A DNA stretch of 49,014 bases from Chloroflexota bacterium. Lineage in GTDB: Bacteria; Chloroflexota; Dehalococcoidia; Dehalococcoidales; UBA2162. Made by a program: the position numbers and the translations under genes. Numbering within the stretch: the stretch's first letter is position 1; every line of letters begins with the position of its first letter. Location of the stretch: positions 1 through 49,014 of the forward strand of contig JACQGQ010000079.1 of NCBI GenBank assembly GCA_016199495.1. The letters are read 5' to 3'. The notes under the pieces were generated by a model. It was not told the DNA's origin. It worked only from the letters and a program-made list of their open reading frames with translations, and made no database searches. Shown here piece after piece: positions 1-7,088 of the stretch.

Positions 1-239
1 GGACTGGACCCTCTGGATCTCCCCGTCCCATTGACATCGACATCCTTTTTTACGGTGAGCAGGTGGTCAAGATGGATGGACTTATCATCCCCCACGTCCG
101 GCTTGAGGAGCGGGCGTTCGTGATGGTCCCCCTGGCTGAAATAGCGCCCGATTTCATTCACCCGGTCAAGTGCAAGACGGTCAGGCAGTTGCTCGCCGAG
201 CTCAATGATCCTCATGGCGTGGTCAAGGTGGGAAAATAG
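1..239 (+). CDS. folK: HPPK (2-amino-4-hydroxy-6-hydroxymethyldihydropteridine diphosphokinase), C-terminal part; the 5' end lies outside the window
   Basis: Frame +3 is open from the window edge to TAG 237-239. The translation ...IDIDILFYGEQVVKMDGLIIPHVRLEERAFVMVPLAEIAPDFIHP... resembles the conserved HPPK C-terminal half. It is absent from the ORF track because it has no start codon. Confidence 0.7.
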   Translation, partial: TGPSGSPRPIDIDILFYGEQVVKMDGLIIPHVRLEERAFVMVPLAEIAPDFIHPVKCKTVRQLLAELNDPHGVVKVGK

Positions 240-247
240 GAGGACGC

Positions 248-619
248 GTGTACGAGATAACCATCGAGCAGCATTTTGACGCCGCCCATTACCTGCGTGG
301 CTATGACGGCAAGTGTGAAGCCCTTCACGGACACCGCTTCCAGGTATTTGTCACGCTTCAGGCGGCGGCGTTGAACGAAATCGGCATCTCTTACGATTTC
401 ACGGTGTTGAAGAAGCAGGTGGGAGAAATTGTCTCCCGTTTCGACCATTCATGCCTGAACGATATTCCCCCGTTTGACGCGATCAATCCTTCTTCCGAGA
501 ACATCGCCACGACGATTTACGGGGAGCTGAAATCCAGGTTTAGCGATCTACCGGCGAAGATCGTCCGCATCGAGGTGTGGGAGACCCCGCAAAACCGCGC
601 CGCCTATATCCCGGACTAG
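248..619 (+). CDS. queD: 6-carboxy-5,6,7,8-tetrahydropterin synthase (PTPS/QueD family)
   Basis: 123 aa with a GTG start. FDAAHYL...KCEALHGHRF and the C-terminal VWETP pattern are typical of QueD/PTPS (Zn-binding His residues and a catalytic Cys). Confidence 0.8.
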   Translation: MYEITIEQHFDAAHYLRGYDGKCEALHGHRFQVFVTLQAAALNEIGISYDFTVLKKQVGEIVSRFDHSCLNDIPPFDAINPSSENIATTIYGELKSRFSDLPAKIVRIEVWETPQNRAAYIPD

Positions 620-750
620 GAGTGTGTCAGGTAAGTAATGTGTCATTCCCGCGAAAGCGGGAATCCAGCCGTACCACCCCACCTGGATTCCGGAACAAGT
701 CCGGAATGACAATGGGAAAGGTGTCAATGATTAGCCTGACAGGACACTAG
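617..750. repeat. Nested palindromic intergenic element, family A (core gtcattcccgcgaaagcgggaatccag ... ctggattcc..ggaatgac)
   Basis: Core at 642-710 with two internal hairpins (attcccgc-GAAA-gcgggaat and attccgga-acaag-tccggaat). Outer inverted repeats are gtgtgtcagg (about 622-631) and cctgacaggacac (735-747). The same core recurs at 5003-5080 and 10464-10530. Confidence 0.85.
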
Positions 751-796
751 GTAGGGTTTGTCTTCTGATTTGATTTAAGGCTGTTCTTTATTATCT

Positions 797-1138
797 TTAC
801 TTTTGGAGGCCTATATTTATCAGCGCCTTTCCTGCAGCGATAAGGGCTACCGGTGACACCAGAGCAGCAAAGTTCACAAGTACGCTGGTAACTGCTTGAC
901 CTAGCCCCAGAGCGGTGATAGAACTGAAGGCAGCTGGCATTGCCAAGAGAGCGATGGTAGCCAGCAGTAAGGTGCTGATTTCCTTGTCCTTGATATGGCT
1001 AACACCGATTATAATACCGACGATTACCAAGACCGCGCTAACGATGGGATTTGCCGGAGCTGTGAAACCTCCAATGACAGCTAGTACTAAACCCAGGATA
1101 AAGAGGATAAAACTGACCATTCCCCAAGTTTTGCCCAT
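797..1138 (-). CDS. Small hydrophobic membrane protein, function unknown
   Basis: 113 aa, almost entirely hydrophobic, with about 4 predicted TM segments. No recognisable motif. Confidence 0.5.
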   Translation of the reverse strand: MGKTWGMVSFILFILGLVLAVIGGFTAPANPIVSAVLVIVGIIIGVSHIKDKEISTLLLATIALLAMPAAFSSITALGLGQAVTSVLVNFAALVSPVALIAAGKALINIGLQK

Positions 1139-1264
1139 GAGCTAGTCACCTCCCTTTTATTTTGTTACCTGGTACATCTATGATGTATGATGGCGAAGTC
1201 TAGCATAAGCCTTTTGGGTTGTCAAGCCCCACCTGATTTTTCTCAAAAGTTCTCAGCTTCTGGC

Positions 1265-1322
1265 TGGCGCATTACTTGCTTTTTGTTTCAGCAGCCAGTA
1301 TTCCAGGCTGTCAGTTAGTGCC
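1265..1322 (-). pseudogene. Relic duplicate of the cimA 3' end (reads ALTDSLEYWLLKQK... in the cimA frame)
   Basis: 1287-1322 matches 2192-2227 at 34/36 nt in direct orientation. A gapped similarity continues to about 1265. Confidence 0.8.
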
Positions 1323-1781
1323 AAATAGCATAACTGTTATATTAAATAGACTGTGGAGTATCATCGGAATAACGAAAAACTTCTTATTGCCTTTCAGCAG
1401 AGGAATCTCTCCCCTAACCGAAGCTAGTAGTTTTTGGTTGATACCAAAGCCCACGATGAAACTAGAGACCACGTGCATGGTGAGACCAGCGCTATAGCGA
1501 AACACCACTAAAGCCTGGGTATGCTCAGGGAAATAGACCTGTAAATAGAGGATGTTTTCCACCACGGCGAAGGAAAGACCACCCAGGGCAGCTAAGCAGG
1601 CGGTATGTATCCGGCTGGTGAGTAGGTGCGGCCAGCGCACCAGCAGCAAATAAACCCCGGCCGGTTTCATAATCTCCTCAATCATAGGGGCAGCGATAAA
1701 AGTAACCAGAACGGAGTCCTGTGACAGTTCCTGGATTATGGCACCCAACACCCCAAGAAGCCCCCCACTGGCTGCTATCAA
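1311..1781 (-). CDS. PrsW-family-like intramembrane protease (short form)
   Basis: 156 aa polytopic protein with MIEEIMKP (EExxK), FAVVEN and HSLFN (HxxxN) motifs in the order seen in PrsW-type proteases. TTG start. The last 3 codons and the stop lie in the cimA-end relic. Confidence 0.55.
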   Translation of the reverse strand: MIAASGGLLGVLGAIIQELSQDSVLVTFIAAPMIEEIMKPAGVYLLLVRWPHLLTSRIHTACLAALGGLSFAVVENILYLQVYFPEHTQALVVFRYSAGLTMHVVSSFIVGFGINQKLLASVRGEIPLLKGNKKFFVIPMILHSLFNITVMLFGTN

Positions 1782-1813
1782 GAAAGCCAGAACTCGCCAC
1801 TTAGTTGCTATTG

Positions 1814-2113
1814 CTATTCACTCCCGCTAAAAGGCGGATATTCATCCCGCAAGAGGGATTGATAAGCGATGACGTTGTTAGTCCAACGCATATAGCCGAC
1901 AACAAAATCAAACATACCCCTGGGGTATTTCCCAGTGAACAGAATAACCCAGAAAGCGATAAAGGTTACGATGCCGACGGCGATTCCATATAGCCCGAGT
2001 ATAATTCCATGAGGAACGCCGACATAGAGCCAATCGAAGAGCACCTTCAGTATCACCCAGCCGCGAGAAAGTCGTTCCGGATACTCAACTGCCAAAGTTA
2101 CTGGATAACTCAT
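1814..2113 (-). CDS. DUF4389-like small membrane protein
   Basis: 99 aa. The YPERLSRGWVILK...IPHGIIL...FTGKYPRGMFDF..GYMRW...DEYPPF pattern is characteristic of DUF4389. Confidence 0.65.
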   Translation of the reverse strand: MSYPVTLAVEYPERLSRGWVILKVLFDWLYVGVPHGIILGLYGIAVGIVTFIAFWVILFTGKYPRGMFDFVVGYMRWTNNVIAYQSLLRDEYPPFSGSE

Positions 2114-2169
2114 CTTATGTCACCTCCATACTAGAGTGACAGCAATTATATATCCGAAACATAGAGCTG

Positions 2170-3765
2170 TCAAGGCTTGGCTTCTTTCTGCTTCAGCAGC
2201 CAGTATTCCAGACTGTCAGTCAGTGCCAGCCAGCTTGCCTCGATGATATTGGGGGAGCTGCCGACTGTTGTCCACTTTTCAACCCCATCGCTGGACTCAA
2301 TCAGAACACGAACCTGGGACTCGGTGCCAATACTTTCTTCAAGAATGCGCACCTTATAGTCAATCAGCTTGACGGCGGCTAAGCTGGGGTAGAACTGGAG
2401 CAGTGCCTTGCGTAGTGCCTGGTCCAGGGCGTTGACCGGGCCATTACCCTCAGCCGCAGTATGTATGACTTCGTTACCTACTCTCACCTTTATCATTGCC
2501 TCAGCCAGCGTCTCCTCCAGGCTTTTTCGGGTAGGCAGGCGCCGTCTTGTCTCGACCACCACCATGAAATCAACTAGCTCAAATGGTGCCTGGTAATCGG
2601 GTTTTGCCCGGTGGAGTAGCAGTTCAAAAGAGGCTTCGGCATTCTCGTACTGGAAGCCGCGACTCTCCAGCAGTTTAATCTGTTCCAGCAGCTTTTGTGT
2701 CTCTTTGGCTCGAGAGGAAAGGTCTATCCCCATCTCTCTTGCCTTGTAGACGATATTTCGCTTGCCGGATAAGTCAGATACTACCACTCTAAGTTTACTG
2801 CCCACCAGCTTCGGGTCGATGTGCTGGTAAGCATCGGCCCATTTGCTCATGCCGGCAACATGATAGCCGGCTTTGTGGCTGAAAGCGCTCAGACCGACAT
2901 ATGGTAAGAAGGGGTCAGGCGCCAGATTGGCAGCCTCACTGACATAGCGTGCTACCTCGGTTAATTTAGCCAGTTGTTCATCTGAAACACAATCAATCCC
3001 CATTTTGAGTTTCAGGTTGGGGATAATGGAGCAAAGGTTAGCGTTGCCGCAGCGCTCACCATAGCCATTGATGGTACCCTGAATCTGGGTTGCTCCACCA
3101 TTAACCGCGGCCAGGGTATTAGCCACCGCCAGACCACTATCATCATGAGCGTGGATGCCGACCGGTAACGAGGTTGATTTCACGGCTGCCCGGACGGCCT
3201 CGCCGACCGCTTCCGGCAAAGCACCGCCATTGGTATCGCACAGCACCAGACAGCTAGCCCCGGCTTCAGCCGCCACCACCAGTGTCCGCAGGCTATACTG
3301 CGGGTTGCTCTTGTAACCGTCAAAGAAGTGCTCTGCATCATAGAAAACAGCCAGCCCATGGCCTCTCAGGTAGCTAACTGAATCAGCAATCATCTTCAAA
3401 TTTTCCTCAAGGGTGGTTTCTAATACCTGGATAACCTGCGCAGCGGAGCTTTTGCCGACAATGGTAGCTACTTTTACGCCGGCATTGACCAGCATAACCA
3501 GGTTATTGTCCTCTTCTGCCTTTATCTTGGGTCGCCGTGTGCTGCCGAAGACGGCTATTTGTGCCTTGGAGAGAGGTAGAGTGCGCACCTTTTCGAAGAA
3601 CTCGGCGTCCCTGGGATTAGAGCCGGGCCAGCCGCCTTCGATAAAGTGGATACCCAGTTCATCGAGTTTCTGAGCAATATTTAGCTTGTCAACCACGGAG
3701 AAGGAGACGCCCTCTCTCTGCGCCCCATCCCGCAGCGTCGTATCATAAAGCTGGACTGATGACAA
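2170..3765 (-). CDS. cimA: (R)-citramalate synthase (LeuA/IPMS family)
   Basis: 531 aa with LYDTTLRDGAQ, IEGGWPGSNPRDAEFF, HAHDDSGLAVANTLAAV and a C-terminal LeuA-dimer-type regulatory domain. It is a second IPMS-family paralogue at the end of the ilv/leu operon. TTG start directly after the leuB stop. Confidence 0.75.
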   Translation of the reverse strand: MSSVQLYDTTLRDGAQREGVSFSVVDKLNIAQKLDELGIHFIEGGWPGSNPRDAEFFEKVRTLPLSKAQIAVFGSTRRPKIKAEEDNNLVMLVNAGVKVATIVGKSSAAQVIQVLETTLEENLKMIADSVSYLRGHGLAVFYDAEHFFDGYKSNPQYSLRTLVVAAEAGASCLVLCDTNGGALPEAVGEAVRAAVKSTSLPVGIHAHDDSGLAVANTLAAVNGGATQIQGTINGYGERCGNANLCSIIPNLKLKMGIDCVSDEQLAKLTEVARYVSEAANLAPDPFLPYVGLSAFSHKAGYHVAGMSKWADAYQHIDPKLVGSKLRVVVSDLSGKRNIVYKAREMGIDLSSRAKETQKLLEQIKLLESRGFQYENAEASFELLLHRAKPDYQAPFELVDFMVVVETRRRLPTRKSLEETLAEAMIKVRVGNEVIHTAAEGNGPVNALDQALRKALLQFYPSLAAVKLIDYKVRILEESIGTESQVRVLIESSDGVEKWTTVGSSPNIIEASWLALTDSLEYWLLKQKEAKP

Positions 3766-4863
3766 TTATTGGCCTCCTACCTTCCCGGCAATTAAATCTC
3801 CCATTTCCTTTGTTCCCAGCTTGGTCTTGTCTTCACTCATTATATCATAGGTGCGGTAGCCCTCGTTTAGGCTCTGCTCAACAGCCGCCTCAATCGTCTG
3901 CGCTTCCTTGGTTAAGCTAAGGGAGTAGCGCAGCATCATGGCGACGCTGAGAATGGCAGCTATCGGGTTAGCCATATTCAGTCCGGCACGGCGGGGAGCA
4001 CTGCCGTGAATGGGTTCATACAGACCAAATGTACTCGTCCCCTCCCGTGGCGCCCCAGCTAGGCTGGCTGAGGGCAGCATTCCCATAGAGCCGGCCAGCA
4101 TCGATGCCTCATCGGTCAGAATGTCACCAAAGGTATTTTCGGTAACAACGACATCCAGATACCTGGGATTCTGAATTAGCCGCATGGCGCAGGCATCGAC
4201 CAGCATGTGCTCCAATTCGATATCAGGGTATTCCTCGGCCACCTCCATAGCCACCTGACGCCACAGTCGGGAGGACTCGAGCACGTTGGCTTTATCCACT
4301 GAGACCAGTTTTTTCTGCCGACCGCGCGCCAGTTCAAAGCCGACTCTGACGATACGCTCGATTTCTTGCTCGGAGTAGGCCATTGAATCGACCGCCCGCC
4401 GCCCCCGGGACGTCTGCCACTGTCTCTTGGGTTTGCCGAAGTAGAGACCGCCGGTAAGCTCGCGGACAAAGATGAAATCTACCCCTTCGATAATCTCTGG
4501 TTTCAGGTTGCTGGAGTTAGTCAGCATCGGGAAAACTTTTACCGGGCGTAGATTGGCGAATAGCCCTAGTCCCTTGCGCAGTGCCAGCAGGCCATCTTCC
4601 GGGCGTACCCTGGCTCTGGGGTCGTCCCACTTGGGACCGCCGACGGCACCAAGCAGGACCGCCTGAGCGCCGCGGCACATTTTCAACGTCTCTTTGGGCA
4701 GGGCCTCTCCCGTCTGGTCGATGGCGATACCGCCAACCAACCCGTGGTGCCGGTTAAATGTGTGCCCGAATCTTTCGCCCGTTGCCTGTAATACCTTGAC
4801 AGCTTCGGTGGTAACATCAACGCCGATACCATCGCCGGGTAGCACTGCCAGTTCGAATTTCAC
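3766..4863 (-). CDS. leuB: 3-isopropylmalate dehydrogenase
   Basis: 365 aa with LPGDGIG, LRKGLGLFANLRP and GDILTDEASMLAGSMGMLPSASL, the isocitrate/isopropylmalate dehydrogenase signature. Confidence 0.9.
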   Translation of the reverse strand: MKFELAVLPGDGIGVDVTTEAVKVLQATGERFGHTFNRHHGLVGGIAIDQTGEALPKETLKMCRGAQAVLLGAVGGPKWDDPRARVRPEDGLLALRKGLGLFANLRPVKVFPMLTNSSNLKPEIIEGVDFIFVRELTGGLYFGKPKRQWQTSRGRRAVDSMAYSEQEIERIVRVGFELARGRQKKLVSVDKANVLESSRLWRQVAMEVAEEYPDIELEHMLVDACAMRLIQNPRYLDVVVTENTFGDILTDEASMLAGSMGMLPSASLAGAPREGTSTFGLYEPIHGSAPRRAGLNMANPIAAILSVAMMLRYSLSLTKEAQTIEAAVEQSLNEGYRTYDIMSEDKTKLGTKEMGDLIAGKVGGQ

Positions 4864-4924
4864 GCTGTTCCTCCTTAATCTGTTAACCCTATCCCCTTTA
4901 ATACTCTACGGGAACGACCTCTGG

Positions 4925-5112
4925 GGAGTCTAAGAGGGGCGTTAGCCCCTTTTTCTACATTTACTTGAGGCTGTCCGAAAACATCATCTATTGAGTGATT
5001 ATGTCATTCCCGCGAAAGCGGGAATCCAGTATTCAAAGCTGTCACTGTTAATTTGGATTCCCGATCAGGTCGGGAATGACAATTTTGGGACAGCCTCATT
5101 AAGGGGGTGAGG
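4925..5112. repeat. Composite about 185-bp repeat (hairpin aggggcgttagcccct + family A element with outer IR gaggctgtccgaaaa/ttttgggacagcctc + cctca..tgagg hairpin)
   Basis: It starts right after the leuD TAA stop. A second, co-linear copy lies at 10385-10564 right after the ilvC TAA stop. The shared string taacctcaccccctta(a/g)tgaggctgtcc(c/g)aaaatt follows both stop codons on the minus strand. Confidence 0.85.
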
Positions 5113-5607
5113 TTATTTCACCCCTAATCTCTTCTTGGTATGCTCAATCAGCCCGCCGGCGGCAATAAGCTCCGCCATAAAATCGGGGTAGGGCTTGGCG
5201 GTAAACACCCGGCCGCTATTCAGATTTTTAATGCTGCCTTTTGCCAAATCGACCTCCACCAAATCGCCAGTCTCGATGTTATCTACCGCTTCCTCGCATT
5301 CAAGCAAGGGCAAGCCGATATTGATGGCATTACGGAAGAAGATACGGGCAAAGCTTTTCGCTATTATACAGGATATGCCAGATGCCTTGATAGCCAGCGG
5401 GGCGTGCTCACGTGAAGAGCCGCAGCCGAAGTTGGTCGTGGCTACCATGATGTCACCTGGTTCAACCCGGGACAAAAACTCGGCGTCGATATCCTCCATG
5501 CAGTGCTCGGCTAGCTCCGCCGGCTCCGACAAATTAAGATAGCGAGCCGGTATAATGACATCCGTATCAACATTAGCCCCATATTTATGAACCTTGCCTT
5601 TTAGCAT
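5113..5607 (-). CDS. leuD: 3-isopropylmalate/citramalate dehydratase small subunit
   Basis: [24 protein letters not shown] and [11 protein letters not shown] place the start at ATG 5607 (aaaggagac-N6-ATG) rather than the track's 5643, whose extra residues run into repeat DNA. Confidence 0.85.
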   Translation of the reverse strand: MLKGKVHKYGANVDTDVIIPARYLNLSEPAELAEHCMEDIDAEFLSRVEPGDIMVATTNFGCGSSREHAPLAIKASGISCIIAKSFARIFFRNAINIGLPLLECEEAVDNIETGDLVEVDLAKGSIKNLNSGRVFTAKPYPDFMAELIAAGGLIEHTKKRLGVK

Positions 5608-5641
5608 GAAAAAGTCTCCTTTAAGATTTATGAAACCCCTC

Positions 5642-5711
5642 ACCCTTTATCCCTCTCCCCTTATGTAAGGGGAGAGGGAAGAGAATTTCTTAAAGGGGCG
5701 AAGCCCCTTTT
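5642..5711. repeat. About 70-bp composite hairpin repeat, copy 1 (ccctctcccctt..aaggggagaggg + aaaggggcgaagcccctttt)
   Basis: About 90% identical by eye and co-oriented with 6377-6444. The two copies bracket the GIY-YIG + hicB module. Confidence 0.8.
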
Positions 5712-5742
5712 AATCCCCTAACGTCGATGCCATTTAATAATG

Positions 5743-6057
5743 TCATTCCAGCGAAGGCTGGAATCCAGACCGTATTATCTCATCGTACAGGTCTTGCCAC
5801 TCCGGGTTTGTCTCTTCAATCAATCTGATTTTCCATTTTCTATGCCAAAACTTCAATCGCTTTTCGCGTTGAATGGCCGATTCTACCTTGTCATATTGTT
5901 CGTAATATACGAGCAGATGAACACTGTATTTCTTTGTAAAGCCTTCAACGAAATTATTCTTGTGTTCGTAGACTCTCCTTGTAAGGTCGTTGGTAACGCC
6001 TATATAAAGTGTTCCATTGCGTTTGCTTGCCAGTATATACACATAGTAATTCTTCAA
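5743..6057 (-). CDS. Small stand-alone GIY-YIG nuclease family protein (YhbQ/UPF0213-like)
   Basis: 104 aa. YYVYILASKRNGTLYIGVTNDLTRRVYEH...REKRLKFW..K matches the GIY/YIG/R/E motif order. TTG start preceded by aagggg. The last codons (SGFQPSLE) are encoded by a half copy of the family A repeat. Confidence 0.8.
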   Translation of the reverse strand: MKNYYVYILASKRNGTLYIGVTNDLTRRVYEHKNNFVEGFTKKYSVHLLVYYEQYDKVESAIQREKRLKFWHRKWKIRLIEETNPEWQDLYDEIIRSGFQPSLE

Positions 6058-6104
6058 TCGACCCCTTATGGATTCTGGCTTTCGCCAGAATGACAGCTTA
6101 GGTG

Positions 6105-6281
6105 CTATTCTCTGCTTAAGCCATCCTCTATAAGCCCTTCAATATGAAAAACGATAGCCTCTCTAATGCTCTTCTCCACCTCATCACGAGTAGCTCCAGT
6201 GGCGATACAGCCCGGTATGTTTGGAGGGTAGGCGGAGTAATTATCACCAGCCTGTTCAAAAATGACTAAGTATTTACGCAT
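6105..6281 (-). CDS. hicB: HicB-family antitoxin-like protein (N-terminal domain only), orphan
   Basis: Hand-called 58-aa ORF, below the track cutoff: MRKYLVIFEQAGDNYSAYPPNIPGCIATGATRDEVEKSIREAIVFHIEGLIEDGLSRE. RBS aaggag lies 8 nt upstream. The pattern matches HicB/UPF0150. I found no hicA next to it. Confidence 0.65.
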   Translation of the reverse strand: MRKYLVIFEQAGDNYSAYPPNIPGCIATGATRDEVEKSIREAIVFHIEGLIEDGLSRE

Positions 6282-6376
6282 AACACTACTCCTTTAGCTT
6301 TGCCTGTTTCAACCTCTCACCTCTGCTCAATTTCCCCCTTTGGTAAAGGGGGAGTAAGGGGGATTTAAAATCCCTT

Positions 6377-6444
6377 ACCCTTTATCCCTCTCCCCTTGTC
6401 AAGGGGAGAGGGAAGAGAGTTTTTAAAGAGGCGAAGCCCCTTTT
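6377..6444. repeat. About 70-bp composite hairpin repeat, copy 2
   Basis: See 5642-5711. It is preceded by further hairpins (cccccttt-ggt-aaaggggg at 6334-6352 and gggggatttaaaatccc). Confidence 0.8.
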
Positions 6445-6500
6445 GATTTCTATACTCCATTTGCGCACCATGTCCTTCAATGTAATAGGCTTCTTCATTA

Positions 6501-7025
6501 TCAAATGTGAAGTTCCAAATCTCTAGCCACCAATTTTAGAATTTCGGGATAGGGGCAATCAATAGACGACAAGGCTCGTTTCTTATTCATAAGTCTTTTG
6601 CCGTTCCTGTGAAAAGTATCTATAACATGTTTTTCTAGTTCCTCAACTTTTCTCCGATTTTCTGCATGCTCTTCAAGTTTAATCGTCGAGTCGAAGAGTC
6701 CCACAAAATAGACATACATTCGCACGTTACTGCCCACCAAGTAGTCTTCAACCGCCTGCTTAGATTTATCGTTGAAACCTACCTGATTGCTAAACCCCAG
6801 AATGTCTCGCGCCACGTATTGGTATATTTGGTTCTGTGTACTGCGTGCTTGATCCCCAAAATGAGCAGCTAGCCTTGGGAAAGCAGGCCTTGCAGTCTGA
6901 AACTTCCTGTCTCCAGTCTGCCCCACATAGAAATACTTATCGTCACCGTGTGACAGTTCGACCACATAAAGCAGGTATCGTCTCCTGAAGTGCTCTCCTG
7001 TTAACTCGAAAATCATGTCTGCCAT
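6501..7025 (-). CDS. Hypothetical protein with GIY-YIG-like motif order
   Basis: 174 aa with a strong RBS (aggaggg). YLLYVVEL...KYFYVGQTGD...R..RL..H...E..E..VID...MNKK follows the GIY/YIG/R/E/N order, but the assignment is by eye only. Confidence 0.35.
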   Translation of the reverse strand: MADMIFELTGEHFRRRYLLYVVELSHGDDKYFYVGQTGDRKFQTARPAFPRLAAHFGDQARSTQNQIYQYVARDILGFSNQVGFNDKSKQAVEDYLVGSNVRMYVYFVGLFDSTIKLEEHAENRRKVEELEKHVIDTFHRNGKRLMNKKRALSSIDCPYPEILKLVARDLELHI

Positions 7026-7088
7026 CTAGGAGCACCCTCCTCTTTTCCATTTAGAAACACTCGTCTTCACACCTCCACCAGCGCCTTC

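Noticed and set aside
4925-5112. Palindromic elements as integron attC sites marking gene cassettes
   Set aside because: There is no RYYYAAC/GTTRRRY core pair at the ends (GTTAGCC and GTTAACT do not fit RRRY). No intI is present, and the flanked genes are core biosynthetic genes.
5608-5643. Longer N-terminal starts given by the ORF track for leuD (5643), tsaC (18078) and guaA (18095)
   Set aside because: The extensions run into repeat DNA or lie upstream of the mapped promoter element, and they add non-conserved residues. Better RBS-spaced starts exist downstream.
6380-6498. Small minus-strand ORF starting at ATG 6498 (MKKPITLKDMVRKWSIEIKRGFASLK...) as a possible missing hicA
   Set aside because: After about 15 codons it is encoded entirely by hairpin repeats. 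It shows no HicA-like pattern and has no RBS.
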